Part shown: piece after piece, positions 9,145-17,128 of the stretch | How positions within the stretch are numbered: the first letter of the stretch is position 1 | Layout of the letters: each line of letters opens with the position of its first letter | From: an uncultured Acidobacteriota bacterium | GTDB lineage: Bacteria > Acidobacteriota > UBA6911 | Assembly: GCA_963843575.1 (NCBI GenBank) | Contig: CAWJKZ010000021.1 | Location: 288,001-352,000 of the forward strand | Direction: 5' to 3' | DNA: 64,000 nt | Notes under the pieces: model-generated | What the model saw: only the letters and a program-made list of their open reading frames with translations | What the model was told of the DNA's origin: nothing | Databases searched by the model: none | Program-made: the position numbers and the translations under genes

Positions 9145-10278
9145 GTGAACCTTCTTACAGGTGTGCTATTGCTGATGCTGATGCCTCAGCCGCCCAGGCC
9201 GCTGATCGGCACGGTGGCCGCCATCCGGGTGGAGGCCGGCGAGATCGACATCAAACCTGATAGCGGCGAGCAGGTGAAGGTGTCATTCACCCCGGAGACC
9301 CTGTTTCAGAAAGTTGCCCCTGGCGAAAAGAACCTGCAGAACGCGGCGCCGATCAAGTCCGCCAAACTGACCACCGGAGACCGGGTTCTCGTAACCCTCG
9401 ATCCGCTGACACGCAACGCCCGGCGGGTCATCGTCATGTCTGGCAACGAAATCGCACGCCGCAACGAGGCCGACCGGCGCGACTGGATCGCCCGGGGAGT
9501 TTCCGGGACGGTGACGGCCAAAGAGCCCGGCAGGATTACGCTCAAGCTGCGCTCCATGGGCGGCGAGTCCTCCGCGACCGTGACGGTCGACCAGGGGGCC
9601 AGCTTCAAGAGCTACGCCCCCGACTCCGTGCTGTTCGCCGACGCGAAACCGAGCTCCCTGGCCGAGGTGAGCGTCGGCGACCAGCTCCGGGCGCGGGGTC
9701 AGAAGAGCGAAGACGGGCTCAGCGTGGCTGCCGACGAAATCGTTTTCGGAACGTTCGTCACCAGGGCCGGGACGATCGCCTCCGTCAACGCGGCCGCCGG
9801 CGAAGTCACCCTGAAGGAACTCGGCAGCGAGAAGCCGCTCCTGGTGAAGATTTCCTCACAGTCGCAGCTCCGCAGGATGCCCTCGTTCTCCGGTACGGGC
9901 GGCGGATTCCCCGGCGCAGGCGGCGGGGCGCCCGGCGGCGGGATGCCTGCAGGCGGCCCTCCGGGCGGCATGCCGGGCGGAGGCCCTCCGGACATCGCCC
10001 AGATGCTGGAACGCATGCCGGCGGCGAAAATTGAGGAGCTGAAGCCGGGCGAGACCGTCGTCATTTCCAGCACGAAAGGCGCCCGGAACGATCAGATCAC
10101 CGCCATAACCTTCCTGTCCAACGCCGACACGCTCCTGCGCATGGTTTCGGCCCGGTCGGGCAACCGCCAGGGCGGAAACGAGGATGGCGTGAGCATGAAC
10201 GGCGGCATGATGGGCGGCTCCGGCATGTCGGGCGCATCCGGCCTCGGGGGATTCGAGCTCCCCTCCATGATCCCATAG
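9145..10278 (+). CDS. Exported protein with repeated OB-fold/DUF5666-like units and a Gly/Pro/Met-rich linker
   Basis: AGGAGG RBS, hydrophobic N-terminus, three GTV.A...GD/E.V units. Confidence 0.65.
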   Translation: MNLLTGVLLLMLMPQPPRPLIGTVAAIRVEAGEIDIKPDSGEQVKVSFTPETLFQKVAPGEKNLQNAAPIKSAKLTTGDRVLVTLDPLTRNARRVIVMSGNEIARRNEADRRDWIARGVSGTVTAKEPGRITLKLRSMGGESSATVTVDQGASFKSYAPDSVLFADAKPSSLAEVSVGDQLRARGQKSEDGLSVAADEIVFGTFVTRAGTIASVNAAAGEVTLKELGSEKPLLVKISSQSQLRRMPSFSGTGGGFPGAGGGAPGGGMPAGGPPGGMPGGGPPDIAQMLERMPAAKIEELKPGETVVISSTKGARNDQITAITFLSNADTLLRMVSARSGNRQGGNEDGVSMNGGMMGGSGMSGASGLGGFELPSMIP

Positions 10279-10304
10279 TCAGACCGCTCGAACATCTGCA
10301 TTCC

Positions 10305-10329
10305 CTGACAGCTGACTGCTGACAGCTGA
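10305..10329. repeat. Heptamer tandem repeat (GCTGACW)
   Basis: CTGACAGCTGACTGCTGACAGCTGA in the intergenic gap. Confidence 0.6.
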
Positions 10330-10346
10330 AAACGCGAGGATAGGAA

Positions 10347-13313
10347 ATGAGAAGCGTGAAGCTTTGGATGGGGATTTGCTGTCTCCTGGCCTGCGCGGCC
10401 GCGTCGTACGCGCAGGATTCCACCCCGCCCGCGCTGCGCGGGACCGTCACGGACCCGTCCGGGGCCCGCATCCCGGGAGCGGTGGTTCAATGGAGCAGTC
10501 CCGGCGTGCAGCTCCAGGCCACTACCGATGCGCGCGGCCAGTATGCCTTCGCCACCCTGAAGCCCGGCAAATACTCGGTCTGGGCCGTCGCCGCCGGTTT
10601 CAAGTCCTCGGAAAAGACGGACGTGGAAATCGCGGCCGAGCCGGTCACGGTCGACTTCAAGCTCGACATCAGTGTGAAGGGCGAGGTCCTCAACGTCGAG
10701 GCCGAGGCGAAGCGCGTCAGCTCGGACCCCGAGTCCAACGGCAGCGCCCTCGTGCTCAAGGACAAGGAGCTGGAAGCCCTCTCCGACGATCCCGATGAAC
10801 TGGCCCAGCAGCTGCAGGCAATGGCCGGCCCCGGCTCGGGGCCGAACGGCGGCCAGATCGACATCGACGGCTTCAGCAACGGCCAGCTTCCGACCAAGTC
10901 CTCCATACGCGAGATCCGGATCAACACGAACCCGTACTCCCCCGAGTACGACCGTCCGGGATTCGGCCGGATCGAGATATTCACCAAGCCCGGCAGCGAC
11001 ACGATCCGCGGGCAGGCCTATTTCCAGTTCAACGACGAGTCCCTGAATTCGCGCAGCCCGCTTCTGGCGCAGTCCACGCGCCCGGCGTACCAGCAGAAGT
11101 CCTACGGCTTCTCGCTCAGCGGCCCGCTGAAGAAGGAGAGAGCGTCCTACGGATTCGATTTCGAACGCCGCAACGTCACGGAAAATGCGTTCATCCTCGC
11201 GACCACGCTCGACGACAATTTCAATTTCGTAAACGTCAACCAGGCCGTGCTGTCGCCTCAGGTGCGCACCAGCTTCGCGCCGCGGGTGGATTTCACCATC
11301 AACCCGCGCAACACCCTTGCGGTGCGCTACCAGAACGTCAAGTCCGACTTCATCAACGAGGGGGTCGGGAACTTCAACCTGGCCTCGCAGGCGTACGACG
11401 AGACCAGCGCCAACCACACCCTCCAGATCACGGAAACTGCGGTGCTGAGCCCGAAGGCCATCAACGAGACGCGGTTCCAGTTCGCCCGCTCCAGGATGAG
11501 CAACAGCGGCGACGTCACGGTTCCGGCCATCACGGTCCAGGGGGCGTTCAGCGGCGGCGGGGCACAGATCGGCGAGTCCGGAAGCAAGACCAGCAGGCTG
11601 GAATTGTCCAACATCTCGACGTACACGCACCGGACTCACACGCTGAAGTGGGGCGCGCGCGGGCGCCGGTCGTACGACGACGACACCTCCGAGAACAATT
11701 TCGGCGGCAGTTTCACGTTCTTCGGCGGCACTGGCCCGGAACTCGACGCCGCCTACAATCCCATCGCGGGGACCGCGATTCATCTGTCCGCCATCGAGCG
11801 CTACCGGCGCACGCTCCTGTTCCAGTCCATGGGCCTGTCCACCGCGGAAATCCGGCTGCTCGGCGGCGGTGCGTCGCAGTTCAGCATCCGGGCAGGCACC
11901 CGGACCATGTCGGTGTCTCAGTTTGACGTCGGCCTCTTCGGGAGCGACGACTGGCGGCTGCGGCCCAATTTCACCCTAAGCTACGGGCTGCGGTACGAAA
12001 CCCAAAACAACATTTCCGATCACGCCAACTGGTCGCCCCGGCTCGGCGTCGCCTGGGGCGTCGACGGCGGCCGGAACAAGACGGCCAAAACCGTGCTGCG
12101 CACCGGTTTCGGGACGTTCTTCGACCGCGTTTCGGATTCGGTGACGCTGCAGGCGCTGCGGTTCAACGGCATGAACCAGCTGTCGTACCTGATCCTGAAT
12201 CCGGACTTCTACCCGAACATCCCGGACCTGGCATCCCTGGAAACCGGCAAGCAGCCGCAGCAGCTGCAGCTGAAGGCAAGCGACATCCAGGCGCCGCGTT
12301 CCTACCAGGCGATGATCGGGATCGACCGTCAGGTCAACAAATCCTTCCGGCTGAGCTTCAATTACGTAAACAGCCGAGGCGTGCACCTGCTGCGGGCACG
12401 CAACCTCAACGCACCGATCGACGGAGTGTATCCGTACGGCGACGCGCAGGTCCGGATGTTGACCGAGACCACGGGCTTCAGCCGCACCAACCAGTTCATG
12501 ATCAGCCCTAATCTCAACTACAAGCAGATCTTCCTGTTCGGTTTCTACTCGCTTTCGTACGGAAAGTCCGACGCCGAGGGGCAGGCGGCCGATCCGTACA
12601 ACCTGCGGGCCGAGTGGGGGCCGTCCGGTTTCGCGGATGTCCGCCACCGTTTCGTGATCGGGACGAACGTCCCGCTCCCCATGAAGCTCAACGTGAGTCC
12701 GTTCATTACCGCCAACAGCGGCGCCCCATACAACATCACCACGGGACGCGACACCAATGGCGACGGTTTCACCAACGAGCGGCCGCAGCTCCTGGCCAAC
12801 GTGAGCGCGGCCAGTTGCACCGGAGGAAACATGTTCTTCGCGGACGGGTTCGGGTGCTTCAACCTCAGCCCGGCAAGCGGCACCGCGATCGAGCGGAATT
12901 ATGGGCGCGGCCCGGCCAATTTCATGGTGAACCTGAGATTCGGGCGGACCTGGTCGTTCGGGAGCAAGGGCGAGTCCGGCCCGGCCGACAGCGGCGGCCC
13001 GCCGCCGGGCGGGGGCGGGATGCGCGGCGGCGGCCCTCCGGGAGGCGGCCCCGGCGGTGGCGGACCACCTCCGGGCGGCGGCCCGGGCGGTCCCGGCGGG
13101 GTGTTCGGCGGCAGCAGCGGCAAGAAATACAACCTAACCCTGAACGTCATGGTGCGCAATCTGCTGAATCACCCGAACTTCGGCAGCCCGAGCGGCGACC
13201 TGTCTTCCCCGTACTTCGGTGTGTACCGCAGCCTGGCGGGTTTCGGCCCCATGGGTGGCGGCAACACCACCTACAACCGGAAGATCGACATCCAACTCCG
13301 CTTCACGTTCTGA
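10347..13313 (+). CDS. TonB-dependent-receptor-like outer-membrane barrel with an N-terminal carboxypeptidase-regulatory-like domain
   Basis: Signal peptide, GTVTDPSGA.IPGA domain, DDWRLRPNFTLSYGLRYE, SPRLG.AW, terminal LRFTF. Confidence 0.88.
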   Translation: MRSVKLWMGICCLLACAAASYAQDSTPPALRGTVTDPSGARIPGAVVQWSSPGVQLQATTDARGQYAFATLKPGKYSVWAVAAGFKSSEKTDVEIAAEPVTVDFKLDISVKGEVLNVEAEAKRVSSDPESNGSALVLKDKELEALSDDPDELAQQLQAMAGPGSGPNGGQIDIDGFSNGQLPTKSSIREIRINTNPYSPEYDRPGFGRIEIFTKPGSDTIRGQAYFQFNDESLNSRSPLLAQSTRPAYQQKSYGFSLSGPLKKERASYGFDFERRNVTENAFILATTLDDNFNFVNVNQAVLSPQVRTSFAPRVDFTINPRNTLAVRYQNVKSDFINEGVGNFNLASQAYDETSANHTLQITETAVLSPKAINETRFQFARSRMSNSGDVTVPAITVQGAFSGGGAQIGESGSKTSRLELSNISTYTHRTHTLKWGARGRRSYDDDTSENNFGGSFTFFGGTGPELDAAYNPIAGTAIHLSAIERYRRTLLFQSMGLSTAEIRLLGGGASQFSIRAGTRTMSVSQFDVGLFGSDDWRLRPNFTLSYGLRYETQNNISDHANWSPRLGVAWGVDGGRNKTAKTVLRTGFGTFFDRVSDSVTLQALRFNGMNQLSYLILNPDFYPNIPDLASLETGKQPQQLQLKASDIQAPRSYQAMIGIDRQVNKSFRLSFNYVNSRGVHLLRARNLNAPIDGVYPYGDAQVRMLTETTGFSRTNQFMISPNLNYKQIFLFGFYSLSYGKSDAEGQAADPYNLRAEWGPSGFADVRHRFVIGTNVPLPMKLNVSPFITANSGAPYNITTGRDTNGDGFTNERPQLLANVSAASCTGGNMFFADGFGCFNLSPASGTAIERNYGRGPANFMVNLRFGRTWSFGSKGESGPADSGGPPPGGGGMRGGGPPGGGPGGGGPPPGGGPGGPGGVFGGSSGKKYNLTLNVMVRNLLNHPNFGSPSGDLSSPYFGVYRSLAGFGPMGGGNTTYNRKIDIQLRFTF

Positions 13314-13369
13314 AAACCGTGGTCTACCGGGGTCAGGCCACGATAAGTTATTCAGTTATGTATAATCAG

Positions 13370-14010
13370 CTACCACCCGCATAGCGGGTGGTTTGAGGAA
13401 GGGCCCCCACTGGGGCCCTCCGGCTAACGAAAGGGGCTAAAGCCCCTTTTTCGGAGATGAAGGGGCTGAAGCCCCCCGCGCGGCAACGGTTCCTGCCGTT
13501 TCTCCTCTTCCTCCTGATTGCGGATGTACTCGCGAATCGTCTCCTCATCCAGTCCTACCGTACTCACACAGTACCCTCGCCCCAGAAGCGGTACCCGCTG
13601 AAGTTCCGCTCCTTGCCCAGGCACTCCCTATGGACCCGGATGGCCGACTTCCCTTTCAGGAACCCCACCGTGTTCGCCACGCGGTACTTCGGCGGAATAC
13701 TCAGGCACAGGTGCACGTGGTTCGCCAGCGCGTGCCCTTCCACCAACTAGACTCCTTCCTCCTCGCACAACTGCCTCAGAATCCCGCCGCTCGCCTTCCG
13801 CCGCGTACCGAAAATCACTCGCTTGCGGTATTTCGGAACAAACACTACGTGATATCTGCAGTACCATCTCACATGGGAGAGGCTTTGCCACTCTCTCATG
13901 ACGGTCTCCTTTCTCGTGAACCTGCCTGTTCACGTGATGGAGATCGTCTCGTATCGCACGCCGGGACGGCAGAGCCTTTTCGGGTCTCGCCGCCGCAGGC
14001 GGCGGCTTAC
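13370..14010 (-). mobile_element. IS200/IS605-family element (tnpA only)
   Basis: Subterminal hairpins ACCACCCGCATAGCGGGTGGT (~13372-13392) and GCCGCCGCAGGCGGCGGC (~13989-14006) flank a Y1 transposase. Confidence 0.85.
13424..13899 (-). pseudogene. tnpA: Disrupted IS200-type Y1 (HUH) transposase
   Basis: MREWQSLSH...YHVVFVPKYR, HVH motif, GFLKGKSAI, YIRNQE. In-frame TAG near 13748 and a frameshift near 13575. Confidence 0.88.
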
Positions 14011-14081
14011 CCAATCGAGTTACCGGGATAGGTACCGGCGCTACGCAGGGAAAAGGAAGGCCCCGGCGGGACACGATAGTG

Positions 14082-14861
14082 TCAGCCGCAGGAGGCGGCG
14101 GGCAGGGGTTCGTCCAGAACGAAGTCCTCACCGAGGTAGAGTTGGCGGACCTCGGGGGCCATGGCCAGGTCCCGTGAAGGGCCGTGCCTAAAGATCTTTC
14201 CCTCCGCGACGACATATACGTCATCCGTGATTCGCAGAGTTTCCCTCGCGTTGTGATCCGAGATCAGGGTACCGATCCCGCTCTCCTTCAGGCGTAGAAT
14301 GATCCGCTGGATGTCCGCGACGGCGATCGGATCGATGCCGGCGAACGGTTCATCGAGAATGAGCAGTTTCGGGGACAGCACGAGGGCGCGGGCGATCTCG
14401 GTGCGCCGCGTTTCTCCTCCTGACAAAGCGCTGGCCGGGGCCTGTGCGAGATGCAGGATGTTCAGGTTGCCCATCGCTTCGATCATCCGGCTGCGTCGCT
14501 CTCCGGCGGTCAGCCCGGCCGATTCGAGCACGGCGAGCAGGTTCTGCTCCACCGTCATTTTCCGGAATATCGAAGATTCTTGCGGAAGGTAGGCGATACC
14601 TGCCCGCGCCCGCTGATACATCGGAAGATCGGTAATATCGGCACCATTGAGAACCATCCGCCCGGCTGTAGGAGGAATGAGACCGATGATCATGTGCAGG
14701 ATCGTCGTCTTTCCCGCGCCGTTCGGTCCGAGCAGCCCCACTATCCTGTCCGACGAAAACTTCAGGTCCACCCCCCTGACCACCTTGCGGCTCCCGTACC
14801 GCTTTACCAGGCCGCGTGCGCTGACCTCGAGTTCGAACGGGACTGCGGCGGGTCGGGTCAT
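14082..14861 (-). CDS. lptB: LPS export ABC transporter ATP-binding protein
   Basis: GLLGPNGAGKTT, LPMYQRARAGIAYLPQESSIFRKMTV, LSGGE.RR.EIARAL, LDEPFAGIDP, DHNARETL, YLGEDF. Confidence 0.9.
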   Translation of the reverse strand: MTRPAAVPFELEVSARGLVKRYGSRKVVRGVDLKFSSDRIVGLLGPNGAGKTTILHMIIGLIPPTAGRMVLNGADITDLPMYQRARAGIAYLPQESSIFRKMTVEQNLLAVLESAGLTAGERRSRMIEAMGNLNILHLAQAPASALSGGETRRTEIARALVLSPKLLILDEPFAGIDPIAVADIQRIILRLKESGIGTLISDHNARETLRITDDVYVVAEGKIFRHGPSRDLAMAPEVRQLYLGEDFVLDEPLPAASCG

Positions 14862-15000
14862 CGGGCGCCCGTCGCGCCGAAGTAACTGAAGTCCTATGCT
14901 CCACATCCGTCCAACCGTTTCCAGCAATCCCGCTCTCCGTCGGGGAAGAATCTCCTCACCAGTTAGATACGGACGCGGGACCGTGTGATTACCGGCAATC

Positions 15001-15015
15001 GTAAAGATTTGCAAA
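15001..15015. promoter_or_regulatory. Candidate CpxR-type box
   Basis: GTAAA-GATTT-GCAAA is a 9/10 match to the E. coli CpxR consensus GTAAA-N5-GTAAA and lies 140 bp upstream of lptB. Confidence 0.4.
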
Positions 15016-15399
15016 AATCCCTGCTGCACGGCCTCTCGCCTGGAACAAATGTCGTCGGCGCCGTATCAACAGGTGGCTGGAGAAGGGAGAAGCACAGAGC
15101 CACGGTCCAACGCGGTCGCCGGGAACGTCCGCTCCGCGGCTCAGAAGATCGGGAGGACTTGCCAGCCGCCTCCAGACGCACCAGTGGCGGTCCAGGAGTT
15201 GCACAGCTGCAAACGGGATCAGGACGGCCGCCATGCTGAAACTGCAGATCAACCAGCTGGGGAATTGCAGAATCGGTTTGTCCTCCCCTCCCCGCAAAAA
15301 GGAAGGAGGACTCGGCGCACGCGGAGCCTGACAAGCAGAAGTGCTCCGCGTGCCGCCGGTTGACGTACTTTACCTATCATCAGCGAGGATCGAGGACGG

Positions 15400-16296
15400 G
15401 TGGTCGACGGAGACGATGTACTTAGCTCCATTCTCGACAGCATCCACGTGCGGGCCGTCACGGCACAGAGAAGTACCTTCACCGCGCCGCAGGTTCTCGA
15501 CCGTGAGCCGGATGCGGCGACCCTCTACGTGGTTCTCCGCGGCAGCTGCAATCTCCAGGTGGAAGGACAGGCTGCGTCGCACTCTCTTCAGAGCGGCGAT
15601 CTCGCCCTGCTCCCGCTGAAGACGCACCACACACTCTCGATCGAACCGGAATGCCGCGAGGGACGCGAGACTGAGGGTATCCTGCTCCGGGTCACCTTCA
15701 TCTGGGAAGAAGGTGAGAGCGACCCGATCTCGTCGATGATACCGCCCGTCGTCGTGTGCCCGGCAGGTGCCGGCCCCCTGTCGGACTGGCTGCTCCTGAC
15801 GCTCTCTCTTATCGACCGTGAAACCACGGAGCCTCGCCAGGGGATGCAGATCATGCTCAGCCACCTGGCCCGGATCATCTTCGTCCACGCGATCCGAAGC
15901 TGCCTGCCCGTAACAAAGAGGTCGGGCAACACGCTGCTGGACATGATTGCGGACCCGCAGATCGGCCCGGCGCTGGCCCTCATCCACACGCGTCCGGAAG
16001 AGCCCTGGTCGGTAACGTCGCTGGCCAGAACGAGCGCTATGTCCAGATCCGCCTTCGCCTCGAGGTTCGTCGAGGTCACGGGGCAGCCTCCGATGCAATA
16101 CGTGCTGGTACAGCGGATGCGGAAGGCCTGCGCGTTGCTGCGGGAAACGAAGCTGAGCGTGAAGGCGATTTCGGATCAGGCGGGTTACAGCTCGGAGGCC
16201 GCTTTCAGTCACGCCTTTAAAAAGTGGGTAGGGATCTCACCTGTAGGATACCGGGCGTCCAACTGCTCCGAGAAGAGCCAGGGACGCCCGGCATAG
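15400..16296 (+). CDS. AraC-family transcriptional regulator (cupin plus HTH, RclR-like)
   Basis: DPQIGPALALIH..P..PWSV..LA....MSRSAFA.RF and GYSSEAAFSHAFKK motifs. Confidence 0.9.
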   Translation: MVDGDDVLSSILDSIHVRAVTAQRSTFTAPQVLDREPDAATLYVVLRGSCNLQVEGQAASHSLQSGDLALLPLKTHHTLSIEPECREGRETEGILLRVTFIWEEGESDPISSMIPPVVVCPAGAGPLSDWLLLTLSLIDRETTEPRQGMQIMLSHLARIIFVHAIRSCLPVTKRSGNTLLDMIADPQIGPALALIHTRPEEPWSVTSLARTSAMSRSAFASRFVEVTGQPPMQYVLVQRMRKACALLRETKLSVKAISDQAGYSSEAAFSHAFKKWVGISPVGYRASNCSEKSQGRPA

Positions 16297-16300
16297 CGGA

Positions 16301-16843
16301 TCAAGCCTGTGTGTTGATGCCGTTCGTTGTGGCCAGGCTGCTGAGTACATTCAGCGAGGAGTCTTCAGACTGCTGCTTCTGCCTCGAGGCCTCCAGCTCA
16401 CTCTCGAACTTCTGCACGTCAAAACCGTTGGCCGCAAGCAGCGATTCGATTTTGGACATGAATTCGTCCTTGCCGCCGGCTCCGCCCGGCCCGACGGGTC
16501 CCTGCCCGCCTCCCTGAGGAGGGGGAGGTGGCGCCTGACCCTGCATTTTGGACTTGTCGACGCCGTTTTGGGCCATCGTCGTGTCGATCGCGGACTTGAT
16601 CGCCTGCATGATTTCGTCGGCACTGCTCGACTTGTCCAGCTTCGCCAGCGCAGTTGAAATCGCCGCATCGATCTTTTCCTTGAGCTTATCGACCCCGTTC
16701 TCATTGCTGCTCGTCTCCGAGACTTCACTGTCCGAACCGACCGACAGCGCAGAGGTGGACGTCTGTGTCTTGCTCGCCACCAGCTCCAATAGAGAGGTGT
16801 ACGAGCTTGACTCCAGCCAATTAATGCTTCCCAAACTAGACAT
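16301..16843 (-). CDS. Hypothetical Ser-rich helical protein with a PPPPP/Gly linker
   Basis: ATG after a GGAG RBS; 180-aa ORF with coherent composition; no family recognised. Confidence 0.6.
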   Translation of the reverse strand: MSSLGSINWLESSSYTSLLELVASKTQTSTSALSVGSDSEVSETSSNENGVDKLKEKIDAAISTALAKLDKSSSADEIMQAIKSAIDTTMAQNGVDKSKMQGQAPPPPPQGGGQGPVGPGGAGGKDEFMSKIESLLAANGFDVQKFESELEASRQKQQSEDSSLNVLSSLATTNGINTQA

Positions 16844-17009
16844 ATGCACTCCGATGATTGGGTGAGGTGCTCGGCCTGCCGGCGAATTAACGGCCGGCAG
16901 CCTGTCTCCATATCGGAGAGATGTCTTGCGAACAAAATGCGAGGAACTCCAATTGCTTTGCGCAGGCGTATCTGTCGTGCGATGTGATGGCTGCGCCCGA
17001 CGCGCGGCC

Positions 17010-17107
17010 TTGAGTGCGGTGCCTCGGCTCGGCCCGCAACATGTCACCGATCCTGCCCGGCGCCGAGGCGCCGCGTTTACTGCGGCGGCCAGCCGCCGCA
17101 CTCCAAA
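17010..17107. repeat. REP-like palindromic element
   Basis: GAGTGCGG...CCGCACTC ends with internal GC hairpins; the same architecture occurs at 36116-36225. Confidence 0.65.
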
Positions 17108-17128
17108 GCGCACACGACAGATCGAGAG

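Noticed and set aside
10092-11783. Long antisense ORFs (also 46445-48436, 32053-33495, 36869-38302)
   Set aside because: These are shadow frames opposite well-supported genes in high-GC DNA and carry no recognisable motifs.
13746-13750. TAG read-through (pyrrolysine or recoding) in tnpA
   Set aside because: The gene also has a frameshift, and TAG serves as a normal stop elsewhere in the window.
14963-15334. Possible lptA/lptC remnant upstream of lptB
   Set aside because: None of the short ORFs there shows a recognisable Lpt beta-jellyroll pattern.
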